Shown one piece after another: positions 59,320 through 64,000 of a stretch of 64,000 bases of DNA. The DNA comes from a virus. Taxonomy: Duplodnaviria; Caudoviricetes. Where the stretch lies: the IMG/VR virus record IMGVR_UViG_3300032290_001086; one strand, written 5' to 3'. A model generated the notes under the pieces. It was given only the letters and a program-made list of their open reading frames with translations, was not told the origin of the DNA and made no database searches. The translations under genes and the position numbers were made by a program. The first letter of the stretch is position 1. Every line of letters starts with the position of its first letter.

Positions 59320-59348
59320 TTGACAAACCTGAATAAATATTCTATGAT
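59320..59348 (+). promoter_or_regulatory. sigma70-type early promoter
   Basis: TTGACA 59320-59325, 17 nt, TATGAT 59343-59348. Confidence 0.75.
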
Positions 59349-59376
59349 GACAACATCAAACAATTGGAGTTTAACT

Positions 59377-59571
59377 ATGTCTAATCCAGATAAAATTAAA
59401 GAAAGTTTTGAAGAACAACTAAAGAATGCAAACGAGCAAATCGAAAAGCTTCAAGCTGAGCTGTCTCGTCTAACCGAATATCGTGTTAAGCTTATTGGTG
59501 GTCTAGAAACTCTTCAACTACTAGAACAACCAGAGGGAGCAGAAGAAGCAGAATATTCTGAAGAAAACTGA
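59377..59571 (+). CDS. Small coiled-coil protein (ATG 59377)
   Basis: GGAG RBS before 59377; heptad pattern. Confidence 0.75.
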   Translation: MSNPDKIKESFEEQLKNANEQIEKLQAELSRLTEYRVKLIGGLETLQLLEQPEGAEEAEYSEEN

Positions 59572-59843
59572 TGAAAAATTTCTCTGATGAAATTAAGCAA
59601 GAACTTTTAGATAAATTAAAAGGTCTTACTGAAACAGTATCAGATTCGTTATCTGATTTTTCTAAAGGAAAACCAGTATTTGTTCCCGAACAAACTCAGC
59701 AAATGAGAATGTCAATTTGCAGAAATTGTGATGATTTTAATTCTAACACCACTCAATGTAGACGTTGTGGGTGTTTTATGTCTGCAAAAACTAAACTTCG
59801 TCAAGGTTCTTGTCCCATCGGAAAATGGGGTAAAGTTCTATGA
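59571..59843 (+). CDS. Cys-rich zinc-ribbon-like protein
   Basis: R..IC..C…C..CGCFM.AKT.L…CP.GKW. Confidence 0.8.
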   Translation: MKNFSDEIKQELLDKLKGLTETVSDSLSDFSKGKPVFVPEQTQQMRMSICRNCDDFNSNTTQCRRCGCFMSAKTKLRQGSCPIGKWGKVL

Positions 59844-59992
59844 ATAAAACAAAAATTTTAGATAACATTCTAAAAGACCGATGTGATAGGTTTCAACACC
59901 TTATTGAAGAAGGTCGGTATGAAGATGCAATTTCAATTGGAGAGGAATTTGACGAATGGATAGCAGTATGCCAGAGTTGGCCGACAGAATAG
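59840..59992 (+). CDS. Hypothetical protein (50 aa)
   Basis: ATGA coupling; MNKTKILDNILKDRCDRF…EEFDEW. Confidence 0.6.
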   Translation: MNKTKILDNILKDRCDRFQHLIEEGRYEDAISIGEEFDEWIAVCQSWPTE

Positions 59993-60102
59993 AAATTCTG
60001 GAAATCCAACTCAAAGAACTGCAAATGTTAGTCAATAAGATTATTCTTATGATACATATTGCAGATACTGATTTGAAAAATCAAACTCATTTATTGGACT
60101 GA
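59968..60102 (+). CDS. Hypothetical protein (44 aa)
   Basis: MPELADRIEILEIQLKELQ…; fills gap before next promoter. Confidence 0.45.
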   Translation: MPELADRIEILEIQLKELQMLVNKIILMIHIADTDLKNQTHLLD

Positions 60103-60127
60103 TAAAATTTACTAATGTCCAATCCCC

Positions 60128-60156
60128 TTGACAATTCACCAAGCCTCATATATATT
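60128..60156 (+). promoter_or_regulatory. sigma70-type promoter
   Basis: TTGACA 60128-60133, 17 nt, TATATT. Confidence 0.6.
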
Positions 60157-60181
60157 ATTACATGTTCGACAGGATTCAATC

Positions 60182-60346
60182 ATGGCTTACCTGAGTTACC
60201 GAGGGTCAATTCTAGATGAAATTCGGGATGAAATCAAACTTGATTCCATTTACCGTAAAAAAGGACTTGACAAGTATGATGAAGAGTCCTATGATGATTT
60301 CTCTAACGACTACGATTACGATTACACTTTCGATTACGCAGACTAA
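60182..60346 (+). CDS. Small protein with Asp/Tyr-rich tail (ATG 60182)
   Basis: AGGA RBS; ends DDFSNDYDYDYTFDYAD. Confidence 0.65.
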   Translation: MAYLSYRGSILDEIRDEIKLDSIYRKKGLDKYDEESYDDFSNDYDYDYTFDYAD

Positions 60347-60355
60347 TTACTAACT

Positions 60356-60538
60356 ATGGGACGCACATTTCGTAAAGGAAACAAATCTCAACCTGGAAGC
60401 CTTTCTGAGCTACGCCAAAACGCATCAATTCAAGACCTTGAATATGATGAAGGATTTCAGGAATACAAAATTTCTGGACTCAAACGCTGGAATCGTAATG
60501 AATCCACGTTCCGAGATTATGACGATTATGATTCTTAA
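60356..60538 (+). CDS. Hypothetical protein
   Basis: MGRTFRK start, acidic end. Confidence 0.65.
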   Translation: MGRTFRKGNKSQPGSLSELRQNASIQDLEYDEGFQEYKISGLKRWNRNESTFRDYDDYDS

Positions 60539-60547
60539 TTTCTTTAC

Positions 60548-60571
60548 GGGAACTCATTGAGTTCCCTTTTT
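60548..60571 (+). terminator. Intrinsic terminator
   Basis: GGGAACTC-ATT-GAGTTCCC then TTTTT. Confidence 0.8.
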
Positions 60572-60576
60572 CTATC

Positions 60577-60762
60577 ATGACACATTACGACAAACTCATT
60601 GATACAATTAAAGACCATCTATATGGTTATTACATTAGTGGTCAGCATAATGATGGCTGGGATGAAGCAGATGCACAGGAATCAGCTTCAATGATTCTTC
60701 AGGCAGTAGAAGAATTTCAAACAAAACGTGCCAACTTAGGTCAATGGAGAGCAAGTGACTGA
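60577..60762 (+). CDS. Hypothetical protein
   Basis: ORF track. Confidence 0.7.
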   Translation: MTHYDKLIDTIKDHLYGYYISGQHNDGWDEADAQESASMILQAVEEFQTKRANLGQWRASD

Positions 60763-60922
60763 ATTCACTATAGAACAACGAAAAATCATTTTTAAGGCTG
60801 TTCGCTATTATCAAATGAACAAAGTGCCATTAAATGGAAAAGAGTATCAGCTTTGTGATGAAATATTAAATCATTTATTCACAGAAGTTAATCAGAGCAA
60901 TGAAATACGGAGACATAGTTAA
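60755..60922 (+). CDS. Hypothetical protein (55 aa, GTG start)
   Basis: GGAG RBS; MTEFTIEQRKIIFKAVRYYQ…CDEIL. Confidence 0.6.
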   Translation: MTEFTIEQRKIIFKAVRYYQMNKVPLNGKEYQLCDEILNHLFTEVNQSNEIRRHS

Positions 60923-61106
60923 ATTTTTAGGATGTTCGCAAGAACAAATTAGATGGGGGTCTAATGATGACCCAACTGGTATTTTAATAGTTGGAGACAA
61001 ATATTTTGTTGAGAAGGTAAGTGTGCATTCTCAGCATACAAAAATAGAATTACGAGGAGTAAGAGGAAAATTCAATTCTGCGTGTTTTGAAGTAGTAGAA
61101 AAATGA
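60900..61106 (+). CDS. Hypothetical protein, SH3-like beta pattern
   Basis: EQIRWG.NDDP…G.FNS.CFE. Confidence 0.7.
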   Translation: MKYGDIVKFLGCSQEQIRWGSNDDPTGILIVGDKYFVEKVSVHSQHTKIELRGVRGKFNSACFEVVEK

Positions 61107-61243
61107 TTTATGATAATGATAAATTAAATGAAATTTATCGTGATACCTGGCCAAATCTTGGCTGGGCTATTAAAGATAGACAAAACGTGCAAAAACCTAC
61201 TGAATCTGAACCTAAAAATGGCAATCCTACAGGACCCACTTAA
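61103..61243 (+). CDS. Hypothetical protein (46 aa)
   Basis: ATGA coupling; LNEIYRDTWPNLGWA. Confidence 0.55.
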   Translation: MIYDNDKLNEIYRDTWPNLGWAIKDRQNVQKPTESEPKNGNPTGPT

Positions 61244-61418
61244 ATTTGGATTTTATTATGTAGAATATACATATATGAATGAAAAGAAGAAAGCAGTATA
61301 TTTTCAATTAGAGTCTGCTCAAGAAGCAATGATAAAAATGATTCAACAAGGAATTGAATGTCATGGTCTTCATGAGTGGAAGCAAAAACCACAAATTATG
61401 AGTATTAAAAAATCATGA
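61218..61418 (+). CDS. Hypothetical protein (ATG 61218 preferred)
   Basis: MAILQDPLKFGFYYVEY…; coupled to next ORF. Confidence 0.6.
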   Translation: MAILQDPLKFGFYYVEYTYMNEKKKAVYFQLESAQEAMIKMIQQGIECHGLHEWKQKPQIMSIKKS

Positions 61419-61621
61419 CTGAAAGAGCACAAAAGTTAATGAAAGAAATCTGGAATGAACGAAATACTGGTGCAGATACAGAAGAGAAATTAGTAGCTGC
61501 AATTATTCGTAGAGTTGCAGAACATTCTCGTACTTTTGTTGCTCAAAAGATGAATAATCTTTCAGTTATTGATAAAAACGATTTAATTTCTTTGTCAACT
61601 GAAATTGAAAACCTACAATGA
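61415..61621 (+). CDS. Hypothetical protein
   Basis: ATGA coupling at both ends. Confidence 0.7.
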   Translation: MTERAQKLMKEIWNERNTGADTEEKLVAAIIRRVAEHSRTFVAQKMNNLSVIDKNDLISLSTEIENLQ

Positions 61622-61923
61622 GTAAGTTCCAATCAACTATTTCAACTGTTGCTGCTCTTGCAAGTATTTTTGGTGCTGCTGCGGCAGGCTGGAAACTTTC
61701 AGAAGCAAACTCTACACAACCACCAACAGTTTTAGACCAGAAGATTAATCAGCTAGACCAGAAACTTGAAGATTTAACTAAACCAGCTCCAGCAGTAGAA
61801 ACTCCTGCTCCTCAACCAGTTAGTCTTCCGCCACAACAGGTATTGACACAAACTCCACCTCCTGCTATACTACCACCACCAATCACTCCACCCCCACCAG
61901 TACCAACGGACACTACACCATGA
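61618..61923 (+). CDS. Membrane-anchored proline-rich protein
   Basis: Hydrophobic N-terminus, short coiled coil, poly-Pro tail. Confidence 0.7.
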   Translation: MSKFQSTISTVAALASIFGAAAAGWKLSEANSTQPPTVLDQKINQLDQKLEDLTKPAPAVETPAPQPVSLPPQQVLTQTPPPAILPPPITPPPPVPTDTTP

Positions 61924-62978
61924 ACACTGTACGTAAACTTGCCAGTATTGCTGAAATCACCTACATCAAACCCATTGAGGGTGCTGATGCTATTGAATGT
62001 GCCATCGTGAATGGTGGTTGGCCAGTAGTTGTCAAAAAAGGTGAGTATAAGGTTGGTGATGTTGCTATCTATCTTGAGATTGATAGTTGGGTTCCTCATG
62101 AACTAGCTCCATTTCTCAGCAGTGACAAAGAACCTCGTGAATATAATAGTGTAAAGGGTGAGCGTCTTCGCACTGTTAAACTTCGTGGTCAAGTAAGTCA
62201 GGGTCTTCTGCTTCCCATCAATCTTAATTCTCCACTTGCCGACCAAGTTTCTTTGGGTGATGATGTTACTGAAATGCTGGGTATTCAGAAGTGGGAACCA
62301 CCTATTCCTGCTCAACTTCAGGGTACAATGAAGGGTAACTTTCCACACTTCATTCCTAAAACTGACCAAGAACGTTGCCAGAATCTTCGTAAACACATCT
62401 TTGAAACTCACAAAGATGAAATCTATGAAGTAACTACCAAACTTGATGGTAGTAGTATGACTGTGTATGTCAAGGATGGTGAAATTGGTGTGTGCTCTCG
62501 TAATATTGACCTTGTAGAAACTGAAGGCAATAGTTTCTGGAAATCAGCACATCAACAGAATATTCTTTATGCTCTTCGTACAGTCAGTGAAGACAAAGGT
62601 GAAGAGTATGCTATTCAGGGTGAACTGATTGGTGAAGGTATTCAGGGCAATCCTGAAAAACTAACTGGTCAACGTTTCTACTTGTTTGACATCTACAGTA
62701 TCACTGAAGGTCGTTATCTTCGGACAGATGAACGCTACAGCATTCTGGATAAGATGAATAACATCTATGGTGCTGATATTGAGCATGTTCCTATCATTGA
62801 TGGTCATTTTCGTGTTGCTCAAGCATATGACACTATTGATGAACTTCTGGAATATGCAGAAGGTCCTTCTCTGAACCCACAAACTAAGCGTGAAGGTTTG
62901 GTATTCAAGTCGTGGGAAAGTGATTTCACGTTCAAAGCTATTGCTAACTCGTATCTACTGAAGCATAAAGACCGATGA
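61920..62978 (+). CDS. ATP-dependent RNA ligase, DRB0094/Rnl5 type
   Basis: N-terminal OB-like RKLASI…I.PI.GAD.IE; motif I TKLDGSS; IQGEL.G; REGLVFK; FKAI.N.YL. Confidence 0.9.
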   Translation: MNTVRKLASIAEITYIKPIEGADAIECAIVNGGWPVVVKKGEYKVGDVAIYLEIDSWVPHELAPFLSSDKEPREYNSVKGERLRTVKLRGQVSQGLLLPINLNSPLADQVSLGDDVTEMLGIQKWEPPIPAQLQGTMKGNFPHFIPKTDQERCQNLRKHIFETHKDEIYEVTTKLDGSSMTVYVKDGEIGVCSRNIDLVETEGNSFWKSAHQQNILYALRTVSEDKGEEYAIQGELIGEGIQGNPEKLTGQRFYLFDIYSITEGRYLRTDERYSILDKMNNIYGADIEHVPIIDGHFRVAQAYDTIDELLEYAEGPSLNPQTKREGLVFKSWESDFTFKAIANSYLLKHKDR

Positions 62979-63256
62979 ACGAAGAAGAACTCCCAGTATC
63001 AAACGAATTCATTACATTTGTAAGAATTCAACTTGACCACGAACAAAAGCAACAACTCAATCGTTTCCTGAACCTTCATTATCTTGGTGATGTGAATTGT
63101 AATGAGTATGATGAGAACTTCAAACTTGTTGCCAAATACCCAGAGAAAGAAACAGAAGAGTTCAAAAATGCTATGTGGAGAGCAAATATGGTTCACGATT
63201 ATCAAGTCAAAGTTGTGTATGATGTAAATGGTAAATGTAAATTGGAGTTGCTATGA
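62975..63256 (+). CDS. Hypothetical protein
   Basis: ATGA coupling. Confidence 0.7.
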   Translation: MNEEELPVSNEFITFVRIQLDHEQKQQLNRFLNLHYLGDVNCNEYDENFKLVAKYPEKETEEFKNAMWRANMVHDYQVKVVYDVNGKCKLELL

Positions 63257-63432
63257 AACCTTATCTTTTGATTGCTGGATACAACTATTATCCTGCTTCT
63301 GGAACTTCTGACTGGATTGGAACTTTTTCTACAAAAGAAGAAGCAGAAGAAGAATGGGAACATCTCAAAAAACAAGAGTATCCCGAAGAATGGTATGAGA
63401 TTGTAAATCTTTCTGAATGGATGTATGACTAA
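63253..63432 (+). CDS. Hypothetical protein (59 aa)
   Basis: MKPYLLIAGYNYYP..G..DWIG.F…WYEIVNL; GGAG RBS, ATGA coupling. Confidence 0.7.
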   Translation: MKPYLLIAGYNYYPASGTSDWIGTFSTKEEAEEEWEHLKKQEYPEEWYEIVNLSEWMYD

Positions 63433-63691
63433 CAAACTCTTTCAATACGATAAAAAAGTTTGGGATGATGGTGATACTGACTACACTTGGCAGTTTGGTA
63501 TCATCAACAACAAAACATTATTCTGGGTGAATTATGAGAACCCCAGTAGTTTAGTCCATAGTAATGGTGGATTACACATCCTACTCTCATTTTTTACTTC
63601 TTCTTCTTTATTTGGAGCAGATTTTCAAGTTGGTAAGGTTGGTTTGAGTTTTAACTTTTTTACTGAATACTTTGATGGGTGGGATGACTAA
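63425..63691 (+). CDS. Hypothetical protein
   Basis: ORF track. Confidence 0.65.
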   Translation: MTNKLFQYDKKVWDDGDTDYTWQFGIINNKTLFWVNYENPSSLVHSNGGLHILLSFFTSSSLFGADFQVGKVGLSFNFFTEYFDGWDD

Positions 63692-63866
63692 ACTCTACAA
63701 TCGTCCTATGAACTTCTTTGAGAAAATCCAAGTTGGTTGGTGGTGGATAGGACAAATCTTTGAGGAATGGTGCTATACTATGAGAAGTGAAGATGGAGAA
63801 TTCTTTAACTATCTTCAAAGTGATTATGTCCGTTATGAGCAGGAGATGTATTATGACCACGAATAA
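63684..63866 (+). CDS. Hypothetical protein
   Basis: MTKLYNRPMNFFEK…; GG-rich RBS. Confidence 0.6.
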   Translation: MTKLYNRPMNFFEKIQVGWWWIGQIFEEWCYTMRSEDGEFFNYLQSDYVRYEQEMYYDHE

Positions 63867-64000
63867 AGAACGGGCAGAAGAACTCCTAAAAGTTATTTGT
63901 AAAAGTGAAGCACACAATACTGCTTGGATGCTTCAAGAAGTTCTTCAACATCTTCGTAAGCAACTATCAGGACAAAATCCTGTTGATTTTAAGGATGAAC
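63853..64000 (+). CDS. Hypothetical protein, truncated by window end
   Basis: AGGAG RBS; MTTNKERAEELLK… open to 64000. Confidence 0.6.
   Translation, partial: MTTNKERAEELLKVICKSEAHNTAWMLQEVLQHLRKQLSGQNPVDFKDE

Noticed and set aside
59320-60181. TTG starts at 59320 and 60128 given in the ORF track
   Set aside because: These TTGs are -35 boxes (TTGACA); downstream ATGs have RBSs

Overview
AT-rich segment of a T4-like cyanomyophage (Kyanoviridae-like; a freshwater picocyanobacterial host is plausible but not demonstrable). Left to right: (1) photosynthesis/lysis island with petF, hli, a GH24 endolysin, small reverse-strand membrane genes, and psbA split by a 722-nt group I intron carrying a LAGLIDADG endonuclease; (2) free-standing nucleases and tRNAs (a non-canonical 8/4 tRNA-Ser overlapped by an HNH gene; tRNA-Tyr); (3) T4 core replication/metabolism block (glutaredoxin, rnh, thyX, denV-like, phoH, exonuclease, gp33, gp59, gp32); (4) baseplate/tail block (gp53, gp48, gp4, gp2, tube-initiator-like, gp26 plus a start-less gp51-like frame reached by a probable -1 frameshift, two paralogous tape-measure-like muralytic proteins, gp27-like hub, cp12, gp5), tRNA-Leu and speD; (5) ~30 kb of fibre/virion genes including a 5011-aa protein; (6) early small-gene region with a DRB0094-type RNA ligase. 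Most notable: the psbA intron at CDS nt 179 with a hairpin-gated endonuclease, the lambda G/GT-like gp26-gp51 slippery site, the 8/4 tRNA-Ser, recurring promoter-inside-hairpin designs, a 9-nt-periodic gp32 leader and a consensus antisense promoter aimed at the late fibre genes. All assignments are from motif recognition by eye; no searches were run.
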